Shown piece after piece: positions 51,371 through 59,892 of a stretch of 64,000 bases of DNA (the stretch's first letter is position 1; each line of letters opens with the position of its first letter). The DNA is from a bacterium (GTDB lineage Bacteria; Patescibacteriota; Patescibacteriia; SBBB01), in NCBI GenBank assembly GCA_005239895.1, contig SBBB01000027.1:376-64375 (forward strand). Direction: 5' to 3'. Under the pieces are notes generated by a model. That model ran no database searches. It saw nothing but the letters and a program-made list of their open reading frames with translations, and was not told where the DNA came from. The position numbers and the translations under genes are program-made.

Positions 51371-51505
51371 GCGACGGTAGCTCAGCGGTAGAGCGCTTGT
51401 TCAGTATAGAGGAGAGTCACCGTCACACTTTTTGGTCGTAATTAATGACCGAAACTCTTTACGTTTTACGACAAGAGGTCGGGGGTTCAAATCCTCCTCG
51501 TCGCT
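51371..51505 (+). tRNA. tRNA body with a 63-nt insertion in the anticodon loop (isotype unresolved)
   Basis: Acceptor GCGACGG/TCGTCGC, D arm GCTC-AGCGGTA-GAGC, stem CTTGT/ACAAG enclosing 70 nt, T arm GGGGG-TTCAAAT-CCTCC. Confidence 0.75.
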
Positions 51506-51524
51506 CCTAGCCTTAAAAAGATTG

Positions 51525-51603
51525 AGGCAATGTAGCTCTATTATGAGCACTTTCTGTTCGCAGAAAGGGGATTACGGGTCAATGATTCGTAATTGCATTG
51601 CCT
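51525..51603 (+). ncRNA. Degenerate tRNA-like cloverleaf
   Basis: AGGCAATG/CATTGCCT, TA, GCTC/GAGC, CTTTCTG-TTCG-CAGAAAG, ATTACG/CGTAAT. Confidence 0.55.
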
Positions 51604-51709
51604 TTTGCCATATTTATTATTTTTGTTTTAAAATTTTAGGGTTTTTATTTATTTTGATCTTGAAAATATCACGGACGCCATAGCACACTGAATTAAATGC
51701 TATGGCGTT

Positions 51710-52642
51710 TTAGTATAGTTCGAATTGTAGTTCAGGTTTACCAAACTCTTTTAAGGTGTGTTTAACCGAAGCTTCAGCTGCCGCACGGAGTTTGTTAGGA
51801 TTTCTGGTTAGTTCGTGTATATCCATATTAGGTGGCCAAAGAATATGTATATTCTCAGCATTATTTGCAAAATCAATTCCTTTAACAAAGTTTTGATGTC
51901 GCAAAAGTGTTTTTGTTTTTATAACACTGGTTAAGTGTGTTAAAAACAAATTTACGAATATACGTTCAGTGAAAGTTGCTATGTGTTTTTTTTCTTGGGG
52001 ACAATTTGGTAACACCAACACATGAGTTGGTGAAAAGTCTCTCATTACTTTTTGAATTGGAAAAGGTAAAGCTATACCTCCATCCATATAAAGACCATTA
52101 TTAACTTTTAAGGGTTTTTTGTATGCTAGGGGTATGGCTGAAGAAGCATATAGTGCTGACCAAGGTGATGGGTTGGCTTTTTTTACATCTAGAAAATGTC
52201 CTGTTCCGTTTATATCTGTTACTCCCACAAAAAAATCAGATGTTGTCCTGTAAACTGCATTGATATCTAATTTTTTAGATCCCATGGAAGTAGTATTTTC
52301 AATTATCGAGGCATTCATCAAGAAAGGAAAGTTTTTAAGGGATATATATTTTGAAGAGGCGAAAGGTTTATAGTAGATTGAATTACCTGTTTTAATTGAT
52401 TCTAGTCCTGCTAAATGATATGCTCCTACCCATGCTCCTGTTGAAATGCCTACGACAATGTCAACGGCATATCCTAGTCCCATAAGGTGCAACGCGTAAC
52501 AAGCTGCCGCGCTATTAACACCCAGATTACCTCCTCCCAAAATGAGGAGAAGTATTTTAATGTTTTTGTGCCGAGGATCATTAGCATCCATTAATTGTTT
52601 TTTCTTCCAAATCTGCGTAATTACAGTTTTTTCTGTGTTCAA
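51710..52642 (-). CDS. Patatin-like phospholipase
   Basis: GGGNLG, GISTG, ASSAIP, DGG; AGGAGG + TTG start. Confidence 0.88.
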   Translation of the reverse strand: MNTEKTVITQIWKKKQLMDANDPRHKNIKILLLILGGGNLGVNSAAACYALHLMGLGYAVDIVVGISTGAWVGAYHLAGLESIKTGNSIYYKPFASSKYISLKNFPFLMNASIIENTTSMGSKKLDINAVYRTTSDFFVGVTDINGTGHFLDVKKANPSPWSALYASSAIPLAYKKPLKVNNGLYMDGGIALPFPIQKVMRDFSPTHVLVLPNCPQEKKHIATFTERIFVNLFLTHLTSVIKTKTLLRHQNFVKGIDFANNAENIHILWPPNMDIHELTRNPNKLRAAAEASVKHTLKEFGKPELQFELY

Positions 52643-52770
52643 TGCATCCTCCTTTCTGGTCAGTTGTTTTTCTGTTTAGTTGTTAACACCGAAACGATAA
52701 AATTATAGTAGTATGTATTAAGTGACAAGTCAAGATCATAAATTGTGATATGGCATATCTAAATTTGAGA

Positions 52771-52799
52771 TTGACAATTTGAGTAGATTTTGATATAAT
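52771..52799 (+). promoter_or_regulatory. Consensus promoter, probably leaderless transcript of the TA pair
   Basis: TTGACA-17-TATAAT ending 8 nt before ATG 52808. Confidence 0.8.
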
Positions 52800-52807
52800 T
52801 TAATTAT

Positions 52808-53032
52808 ATGAAATTAAGACCAGAGTTATTTTGGGATACGAATATTAAAAATATTGATTTAAGAAAACATGCTCAGTATATTATTGAAAAAGTAGCTGAT
52901 TTTGGTCACGATAATGAAGTGCGCTGGGTATTAAATTTATATAGTAAAAAATTATTAAGAAAAGTTATTGCTAAATCTAGGTGTTTACGTCCCGAAACAA
53001 AAGCTCTATGGGTTTTACTATTAAAAAAATAA
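52808..53032 (+). CDS. Small putative antitoxin (DUF6922-like)
   Basis: LFWDT, YIIEKV..FG. Confidence 0.8.
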   Translation: MKLRPELFWDTNIKNIDLRKHAQYIIEKVADFGHDNEVRWVLNLYSKKLLRKVIAKSRCLRPETKALWVLLLKK

Positions 53033-53046
53033 ACAATAATCAAGAT

Positions 53047-53712
53047 ATGGTTTTGGGTGATGTACATTGGCATTATGAAACATTACCGCGCAGTACAAAA
53101 AAGGCTTTTATTTTTTTGTCTGAACAAAAGTGGTTAAAAAAGTCAAATTGGTATTTAGCTGGTGGTACGGCTTTAGCTCTTTGGTGTGGCAATCGTAAAT
53201 CTTTGGATTTAGATTTTTTTATTAAAGATAAAGATTTTACTGACAATCAGGTCTTGAAATATTTTATAGGAAATAAAAATTGGAAACTTGAATTAAATAA
53301 AGAGAATACAATATTTGCAAAATTATTTAATGCTAAAATAAGTTTTATTAGTTATCCATTTTTTGAACCTAGACAGGATTTAGTGTGGCATGGGTCGGTT
53401 CGTGTATTGCATCCGATTGATATTGCAGTTATGAAAATTATAGCCATATCTCAGCGCGGTAAAAAGAGAGATTTTTTTGATTTATATTGGTGCGCTCATA
53501 ATATTGAACTTTTGACAAGAACAATTAAAAGACTTAAAGTCCAATATCCATTGGTTGTGCATAATTACCATCATATTTTAAAAAGTTTAGTATATTTTGA
53601 TGATGCAGAAAATGATCCTGAGCCAGAAATTTACTTTAATGCCAGTTGGAGTAAAGTAAAAAAGTTTTTTACTAAAGAGATTTCTATTATTGCGGATCGT
53701 ATTTTGCGTTAA
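53047..53712 (+). CDS. Nucleotidyltransferase AbiEii/AbiGii toxin family protein
   Basis: YLAGGTALAL..G.RKSLDLD, MK..AI.QRG.KRDFFDLY; start uncertain. Confidence 0.88.
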   Translation: MVLGDVHWHYETLPRSTKKAFIFLSEQKWLKKSNWYLAGGTALALWCGNRKSLDLDFFIKDKDFTDNQVLKYFIGNKNWKLELNKENTIFAKLFNAKISFISYPFFEPRQDLVWHGSVRVLHPIDIAVMKIIAISQRGKKRDFFDLYWCAHNIELLTRTIKRLKVQYPLVVHNYHHILKSLVYFDDAENDPEPEIYFNASWSKVKKFFTKEISIIADRILR

Positions 53713-53717
53713 AATGA

Positions 53718-54416
53718 TTAATTAGTGAGTAAGACTGTTTTGGATCGCATAATTTTTTCAGCTTTTTTTAAATCTTCAGGATAACCAATAGGAATCCAAA
53801 AATTAGCTTTAACTGCTATAATTTTATACTCTTTAGCCAATTGAGCCAAAGAATCAGTGATATAATATTCTCCATTAGAATGTTGAATCAATGGATATTT
53901 AAAAATTCTATAATCTAAAATTAGAGCGCCGGTTATTATTAAATTAGATTCAGGTTTTTTGGGTTTTTCAGTAATTTCTAAAATTTTGTTATTTTTATCT
54001 ATGGTTACAACCCCGAATTGTTGAGGATTTTTTACAGATTTTACAGATACAGCCAGAGGATATTTTAATAGTTTTTCCAAATCTTTTTTAGAGTGAAGAT
54101 CATCACCATTAAGCATTAAAAATTTTTTCTTCCCTAAAAGTCTTTTACAAAGATGAAGGGCGTGCGCTGTTCCAGTTGCTTCTTTTTGTTCAATATATGT
54201 GATTTTAAATCTTCCAAATTTTTTACCAAAATATTTTTTTATGATTGGATTCAAATAACCAATTACTAAAATAACTTCATCTATTTCGTCTGGCAGGGTA
54301 TTTAAAATATGGCAAAGCAATGGTTTATCTAAAAGTTTAACCATGGCTTTAGGGCAACTATTTGTAAGGGGTCGCATGCGAGTTCCGTTGCCAGCAGCTA
54401 AAATGACGGCGATCAT
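53718..54416 (-). CDS. Sugar-phosphate nucleotidyltransferase family protein
   Basis: ILAAG.GTRMRPLT..PK, GTA, LNGDD, EKP. Confidence 0.9.
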   Translation of the reverse strand: MIAVILAAGNGTRMRPLTNSCPKAMVKLLDKPLLCHILNTLPDEIDEVILVIGYLNPIIKKYFGKKFGRFKITYIEQKEATGTAHALHLCKRLLGKKKFLMLNGDDLHSKKDLEKLLKYPLAVSVKSVKNPQQFGVVTIDKNNKILEITEKPKKPESNLIITGALILDYRIFKYPLIQHSNGEYYITDSLAQLAKEYKIIAVKANFWIPIGYPEDLKKAEKIMRSKTVLLTN

Positions 54417-54688
54417 AAAATATAATATTATTAAAAATTATTTTTTAAACCTTAAATTTGCTGGGCTTGTCCAGCCGTAGATTTATACTTGATATGTGTA
54501 GTTAACAAATAAGCAGTAATAATCTTACTCAGATATAGATAAATTTATTCTGAAATCTACAGCCGGGTTGACTAAAATAACTATAAATAATATATTAACA
54601 CAAAGCTAGCATAACTAGCTAGAAAAAAGTAGAAACCTATACTGCATTGAGTGGTATGGTTAATACTTTATAACCAAGGAGGCATGTC

Positions 54689-55036
54689 GTGAAGAAAAAC
54701 GGAAATAAGTTTGGTGTTTGGAACTGTTTAGTTGTGTCTGTATTAGTGTTAACAATGATTTATCTAGAGAAATCATTGTTAAAAGCAGTGGTTATTGCCA
54801 TTGAACTAAGTGCGATTGTTAATATGGTATTACCATATTTTGTTTTTAAGAGAATATTGTTGGGTCGTTTTTCAATCAGTATTGGTTTTATGAGTGCCAT
54901 GTCTTTTATTCCAATTTGGAGTTTGGCCTATCCTTTTTGGTACGCGCGACCCAATTTGTTTTATGTTATGATGGTTGTGATTGTAACTGCGTATTGCGGA
55001 TGTATTTCCCGTGTGTATCTGCATTACAGTCAATAG
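54689..55036 (+). CDS. Hypothetical membrane protein
   Basis: 4 hydrophobic segments; AAGGAGG + GTG; TTGACT-17-TATATT; hairpin 55063-55099. Confidence 0.7.
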   Translation: MKKNGNKFGVWNCLVVSVLVLTMIYLEKSLLKAVVIAIELSAIVNMVLPYFVFKRILLGRFSISIGFMSAMSFIPIWSLAYPFWYARPNLFYVMMVVIVTAYCGCISRVYLHYSQ

Positions 55037-55122
55037 TAGTAAATTTAAGGAGATATTAATTTTACCCCTTCGGCTTATTTTATTATGGCTGAAGGGGTAT
55101 CTTGTGTTTAATTTTTAATATT

Positions 55123-55422
55123 AAAAAAGTCGATATTAAATCGACTGCTTATAACGCAAGACTTCACGCATTTGGCCTGTATTTTTTGGCTTTTATAACC
55201 AGTTTGAGTTATGTTTTGAAAAAATTCAAATAACCTTACTATCAATATTCTTCTTTTAACGACTTATGGTCCTAAAAAGCGTATAATGAAAGCTAACTCA
55301 ATTAGATTTTACCTGCCTTACGTAAACGAACGATAAGACATGACTCAAATCTTGTATACAGTTGTTGTCCCAAAAAATGTACCAAATAGTGAAGCTTGCT
55401 CCAATTACACTAGTAATTGGAT
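55123..55422 (-). ncRNA. Candidate ~300-nt structured ncRNA
   Basis: TTGCGC-17-TATAAT (55457-55429), terminator 55146-55123, long-range pairing 55156-55189 with 55370-55399. Confidence 0.5.
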
Positions 55423-55538
55423 ATTATTATTATAACACAGGCTATTTAAGGGCGCAATAGCTTGTCAAGACCTGGGGTAGAATTAAGAATTACGAATCAA
55501 GGTTTTAAGCGTTAATTTAAGCTTATTACTGTCTTGTT

Positions 55539-55839
55539 TGTCATTCCCGCGTTCAGCCTTCGTTCAGCCTTCGTAGCCATAGGCTACTATGGCGCGGAGT
55601 AGGCTAGCCGTAGCTACTACGGTCGCTTACGCTCCATAGCTTCAGCGACGGAGCGCGAAGTAGGCCAGGCGGGAATCCAGGAGCGGATTCATTAAAAATA
55701 AACCTGGATCCCCGGGTCAAGCCCCGTTAGAGATTATAAAAACCAATGTTATCTATTTTAGATACAACTATGATTACTAGCTTATTTAATTACAAGTATC
55801 AGGTATAGATCTCTAACGGGGTCAAGCCCGAGGATGACA
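55539..55839. repeat. REP/dRS3-like doublet with insertions in both arms
   Basis: TGTCATTCCCGCG[insert]CAGGCGGGAATCCAG ... CTGGATCCCCGGGTCAAG[MITE]TCAAGCCCGAGGATGACA. Confidence 0.85.
55722..55821. mobile_element. 100-bp MITE
   Basis: Perfect 13-bp TIR CCCCGTTAGAGAT/ATCTCTAACGGGG, flanking duplication TCAAG. Confidence 0.85.
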
Positions 55840-55930
55840 GAAAAAATAATAATTTTATTACTTTCTATCCTTCAGGTTTAAAACCCTCAGGCCTTCGGCT
55901 CTGAGGCTCAGGCTTGAAGAGACCTTCGGC

Positions 55931-56698
55931 TTAAATCGTGAGGATTACAGGTCCATTATCTGTAATTACAATAGTGTGTTCAAAGTGAGCTGCTAAACTA
56001 TGATCGGAGGTTGCGTATGTAAATCCATCGTTTAGAAGTTGAACTTCCCAAGACCCCACATTAACCATAGGTTCAATAGCCAAAACCATTCCGGTTTGTA
56101 ATTTAATATCTTGAGAATATTTGCCTATAAAATTAGGAATCATAGGTTCTTCGTGAACGTTTTTTCCAACCCCATGTCCAACTAAAGCCTTTACAACTGA
56201 AAAATTATTTTTTTCAACATAATGCTGGATAACGGTTGAAATATTTTTTATACTATTGCCAGGCTTGGCTTCTTGTATTCCAACCAACATAGCTTCTTGT
56301 GTTACTCTAATTAATTTAGAAGCTTGATTAGAAATATTGCCAACCCCAACAGTTACAGCGTGGTCGGTAAAATATTCTTTATATTTCATTCCAATATCTA
56401 TACTAATAATATCTCCGGGTTTTAAAGTTTTAGCTGGCAGAGCTGGGCAGTGCACAACGTGATCATTGATGGATGCGCAAATTGTGGTGGGATAGGGGGT
56501 TGAGTGTTTTTTAATTTTATATCCCTTAAAAGATGGTACTCCTCCAGTTTTTAAAATTAACTGTTCAGCGTATTCATCTAATTGTTGAGTTGTGACTCCA
56601 GGTTTAACCAACTCCAGTATTTTTCGTAAAATATCAGCCAAAAGTTTGCCACCTTCGCTAATAATTTTAATTTCTTCCGCATTATAAATATTTATCAT
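55931..56698 (-). CDS. map: Methionine aminopeptidase type I
   Basis: ISIDIG, TDHA, GHGVG..VHEEP, AIEPM, AHFEHT. Confidence 0.97.
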   Translation of the reverse strand: MINIYNAEEIKIISEGGKLLADILRKILELVKPGVTTQQLDEYAEQLILKTGGVPSFKGYKIKKHSTPYPTTICASINDHVVHCPALPAKTLKPGDIISIDIGMKYKEYFTDHAVTVGVGNISNQASKLIRVTQEAMLVGIQEAKPGNSIKNISTVIQHYVEKNNFSVVKALVGHGVGKNVHEEPMIPNFIGKYSQDIKLQTGMVLAIEPMVNVGSWEVQLLNDGFTYATSDHSLAAHFEHTIVITDNGPVILTI

Positions 56699-57942
56699 AT
56701 TTTAGTTTGAATATCTGTGGTTTTAGATAGAATTTTTCCTTTATATAATTGAGTTGTAATAATATCTCCGGGTTGAACCTGCGAAATATCTTTAATAATC
56801 AAGTTGTCAAGATAAGTGATGCTATATCCTTTAGAAAGGATAGTCAAGGGGTTTAGGTTGTTTAATAAACTTAATTTATGATCAAGGTCTCGTTGGGCGT
56901 TTTGTAAGTTATGTTGAATCATAGTGATTAATTTTAAATTGAGATTTAATATAGTCTGGGACTTTAATAGTAAAAATTGTGCGTAAGTTTTTACAGTTCT
57001 TTTATAATGTTCGTAAACTAAAATAGCCCGGTGAGAGAATTTAGCAAAAACATATTCGATTTTATCTACATAGTTAGATATGTTATTTGAGTGTTGTTTA
57101 ATAATATAGGATACGTGCGTGTGAGCCATGTGTGTATAATTGTTTATTTTATTTTGTATTTCTAGGCGATCAGGCACAACGATCATCGCGGCATTAGTTG
57201 GGGTTGACGCGCGACAATCCGCTACTAGATCTGCGATGGTAATGTCTCTTTCGTGCCCTATTCCAGTTAGGACTGGTATTTTAGATCCAAAAATAGCGCG
57301 GGCTACACTTTCTAAATTAAACGCTTGTAAGTCAGCTAAAGATCCACCTCCACGAGTTAGAATTATTACATCCACTAAATTTTGTTGATTCAAATATTTT
57401 ATAGCTCTAACTATTTGGGATTCAGCGGATGGTCCTTGGACAGCTACCGGTGCTAAATAAATTTGTAATCCTGTCCATCTATTATTTAAAATTCGTAAAA
57501 TATCAGTGTACGCCGCAGCATCTTTAGAGGTAATTATACCAATTGTATTTGGAAAAGTTGGCAAGGGGCGTTTGCGTTCGAGGTTAAACAAGCCTTCCGT
57601 TGTTAATTTAGCTTGTAAAATTTGAAAAGCCCTGAGGAGCGAACCTTGTCCCAGCAATGTAATACTGGAAACGCGAACATGAAACATTCCTGAAGTTTGA
57701 AATAAAGAAGGGGTTCCTGTAATTTGAACCTCCATACCATTTTCAATTTCAACCTTCAACTCCCAGATCATAGCAAAACACAACACCCTCGATTTTTTGT
57801 CTTTTAATTCAAAATACACGAGACTATCGCGGCTGATTTTAAAATCCGCAACTTCTCCGTACACGTTTATTTCTCCTATTAATTCGCCTAAGGTATTTTT
57901 CACCAATTCATTGAATTGAGAAACACTTAAACCTGTTTGCAT
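56695..57942 (-). CDS. xseA: Exodeoxyribonuclease VII large subunit
   Basis: YF.LKD, EGLF, RGGGS, GIGHERD, STPT.AA, GYS. Confidence 0.96.
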   Translation of the reverse strand: MQTGLSVSQFNELVKNTLGELIGEINVYGEVADFKISRDSLVYFELKDKKSRVLCFAMIWELKVEIENGMEVQITGTPSLFQTSGMFHVRVSSITLLGQGSLLRAFQILQAKLTTEGLFNLERKRPLPTFPNTIGIITSKDAAAYTDILRILNNRWTGLQIYLAPVAVQGPSAESQIVRAIKYLNQQNLVDVIILTRGGGSLADLQAFNLESVARAIFGSKIPVLTGIGHERDITIADLVADCRASTPTNAAMIVVPDRLEIQNKINNYTHMAHTHVSYIIKQHSNNISNYVDKIEYVFAKFSHRAILVYEHYKRTVKTYAQFLLLKSQTILNLNLKLITMIQHNLQNAQRDLDHKLSLLNNLNPLTILSKGYSITYLDNLIIKDISQVQPGDIITTQLYKGKILSKTTDIQTKI

Positions 57943-57979
57943 AATTATATTAAAAATCCTTGTAAGGAAAGTGTGATTA

Positions 57980-58231
57980 CTAGTCGGTATTATTTTCGGA
58001 GTCAGAATCTTGGAATACAATATTTATATCATTCTCATCAAATGTTTGTTTAATGGTTTTAACTGTGTTCTCTATTTCATTTAGTCTTTTTTTAAGTTGC
58101 TGCGCCAATTCCATTCCATGTTTAAATTTTTTTAAAGTTTCGTCCAGATCAGTTGGGTTGGTTTCTAGAAATTCCGTGATTTTTTGCAACTCATTCAATG
58201 TTTTTTCAAAGTTAAATTTTTTGTCAGACAT
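57980..58231 (-). CDS. xseB: Exodeoxyribonuclease VII small subunit
   Basis: FEKTL.EL..I...LE, F..GM.L; precedes xseA. Confidence 0.92.
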   Translation of the reverse strand: MSDKKFNFEKTLNELQKITEFLETNPTDLDETLKKFKHGMELAQQLKKRLNEIENTVKTIKQTFDENDINIVFQDSDSENNTD

Positions 58232-58354
58232 ACCAAATAAAAATAATTGAAAATAAATGTTACTTATTTAATGATAAATTACTTATTTCACATTGTCAAT
58301 TTTTGTTAGCGATGCTACAATAATAGTGTCGCAATCAATAATTAATAATAAGTT

Positions 58355-58882
58355 ATGTTAGATATAGATGTAATTTTGCAACATTTAGATTTAGAGCATG
58401 GTATCAGTGTGGCGGATTTGGGTTGCGGTGGTTGCGGTCATTTTTTGTTTCCCATTAGCGCTAAAGTAGGTAATAGTGGAAAGGTATATGGCATTGATAT
58501 TCTTAAACCTAACTTAAGTGCTTTACGCGGTAAAATCAACACTCAAAGAGCTTCAAATATTGAATTATTGCACGGAGATATTGAGCAATATAAAACTTTA
58601 TACCTTGAACCTCAAACTATAGATCGCGTTTTATTAGTTAATACCTTGTTTCAAATGAAATCTTTAGGTGATGTTTTGAGAACGATTGCATATTTATTGC
58701 ATCCGTTAGGTAAATTAGTAGTTGTAGATTGGGATACAAATATTAAACATCAGTTAAGTTCTGCGGTTGCTTCTAAACACACCCAAGCCGATCTAAAAAT
58801 GCAAGCTGCTAAACACGGATTAAAAGAATTGCAAGTATTTAATCCTTCTAAATATCATTACGGAACAATAATGGGATACTAA
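58355..58882 (+). CDS. Class I SAM-dependent methyltransferase
   Basis: VADLGCG, VYGIDI, GKLVVVDW. Confidence 0.88.
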   Translation: MLDIDVILQHLDLEHGISVADLGCGGCGHFLFPISAKVGNSGKVYGIDILKPNLSALRGKINTQRASNIELLHGDIEQYKTLYLEPQTIDRVLLVNTLFQMKSLGDVLRTIAYLLHPLGKLVVVDWDTNIKHQLSSAVASKHTQADLKMQAAKHGLKELQVFNPSKYHYGTIMGY

Positions 58883-58931
58883 ACAGAAAACAGGATTTAG
58901 CTTGTAGCTTGTAGGTTAGGATTTAAGATTT

Positions 58932-58972
58932 AAAAGCTAAAAAGCTAAAAAGCTAAAAAGCTAAAAAGCTAA
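58932..58972 (+). repeat. 8-bp tandem repeat AAAAAGCT (about 5 copies)
   Basis: Read directly; ends 8 nt before yraN ATG. Confidence 0.9.
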
Positions 58973-58980
58973 TTCCTAAT

Positions 58981-59358
58981 ATGTTAAATAATAATCAGAA
59001 ATTGGGTGCTTATGGTGAATCTTTAGCTGAACAATATCTTGAGCAAAAGGGTTATAAGATTTTAGAAAAAAATTTTAGAAGCAAATTTGGCGAGATTGAT
59101 TTGATTGCCAGGCATTTAAATGTTTTAGTATTTATTGAAGTTAAAACTCGCGTTAATCGATCGTACGGTCTTCCCGAAGAAGCTATTCATAAAAAGAAAC
59201 AATTAAGCTTATTAAAAACTTCTAAATACTATTTGCTAAAAAATAATTTAAAGGATGTTATTTGTCGTATTGATGCTGTGGCGTGTGAATTTATGGACGA
59301 TGACCTGACAAGGTTTACTTTGCGTCATTTTGAAAATATAATAAATGATAATCATTAA
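58981..59358 (+). CDS. yraN: YraN family (UPF0102) nuclease-like protein
   Basis: GE..A..YL, GEIDLI, FIEVKTR, RID. Confidence 0.93.
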   Translation: MLNNNQKLGAYGESLAEQYLEQKGYKILEKNFRSKFGEIDLIARHLNVLVFIEVKTRVNRSYGLPEEAIHKKKQLSLLKTSKYYLLKNNLKDVICRIDAVACEFMDDDLTRFTLRHFENIINDNH

Positions 59359-59362
59359 AAAT

Positions 59363-59824
59363 ATGTTATATATTGGAGCGGATCATAGAGGTTTTGGTTT
59401 AAAAAAGATCATAAAAATCTATTTAACAAAGCTGGGTTATAGTTTTAAAGATTTAGGCAATACTAAGCTTGATAAAACTGATGATTATCCAGATTTTGCC
59501 AAATTAGTTGCCCTGGCAGTTAGTAAGAATCCCGAAAAAAATCGTGGCATTGTTATATGTGGATCAGGAGCGGGTGTTTGTATTACGGCTAATAAAATTA
59601 AAAAAATCAGAGCAGGTTTGGCTACTAATGTTAATATGGCTAAAGCTGAAAAGGCAGACGACAATATTAATGTGTTATGTATTGCGGCTGATAGCACCAC
59701 AGCGGTTATGACTAAAAAAATAATCAAAACATGGTTGTCAACTAAATTTGCTGGCTACAAGCGATATAAAAGAAGAATTAAAAAAATAATTAGGATAGAA
59801 AATCGCAAGGACGTTAGTGTTTAA
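59363..59824 (+). CDS. rpiB: Ribose-5-phosphate isomerase B
   Basis: GADHRG, DYPDFA, CGSGAG, ANK, NVL. Confidence 0.93.
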   Translation: MLYIGADHRGFGLKKIIKIYLTKLGYSFKDLGNTKLDKTDDYPDFAKLVALAVSKNPEKNRGIVICGSGAGVCITANKIKKIRAGLATNVNMAKAEKADDNINVLCIAADSTTAVMTKKIIKTWLSTKFAGYKRYKRRIKKIIRIENRKDVSV

Positions 59825-59892
59825 CAGAAATTTTGCATATTTTTGCGCGCCCCATGATCATTCTTCCCATATTAATGAATAATAAAATAAAT

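Noticed and set aside
51371-51505. tmRNA or archaeal BHB intron
   Set aside because: Has a normal D stem, lacks G3:U70, is too short for tmRNA; no bulge-helix-bulge could be formed
51432-51683. 83-aa ORF
   Set aside because: Overlaps the tRNA-like RNAs; no protein motif
55300-55400. Ribosomal protein L28-like ORF ending LRKAGKI on minus strand
   Set aside because: No plausible start or N-terminal L28 motifs
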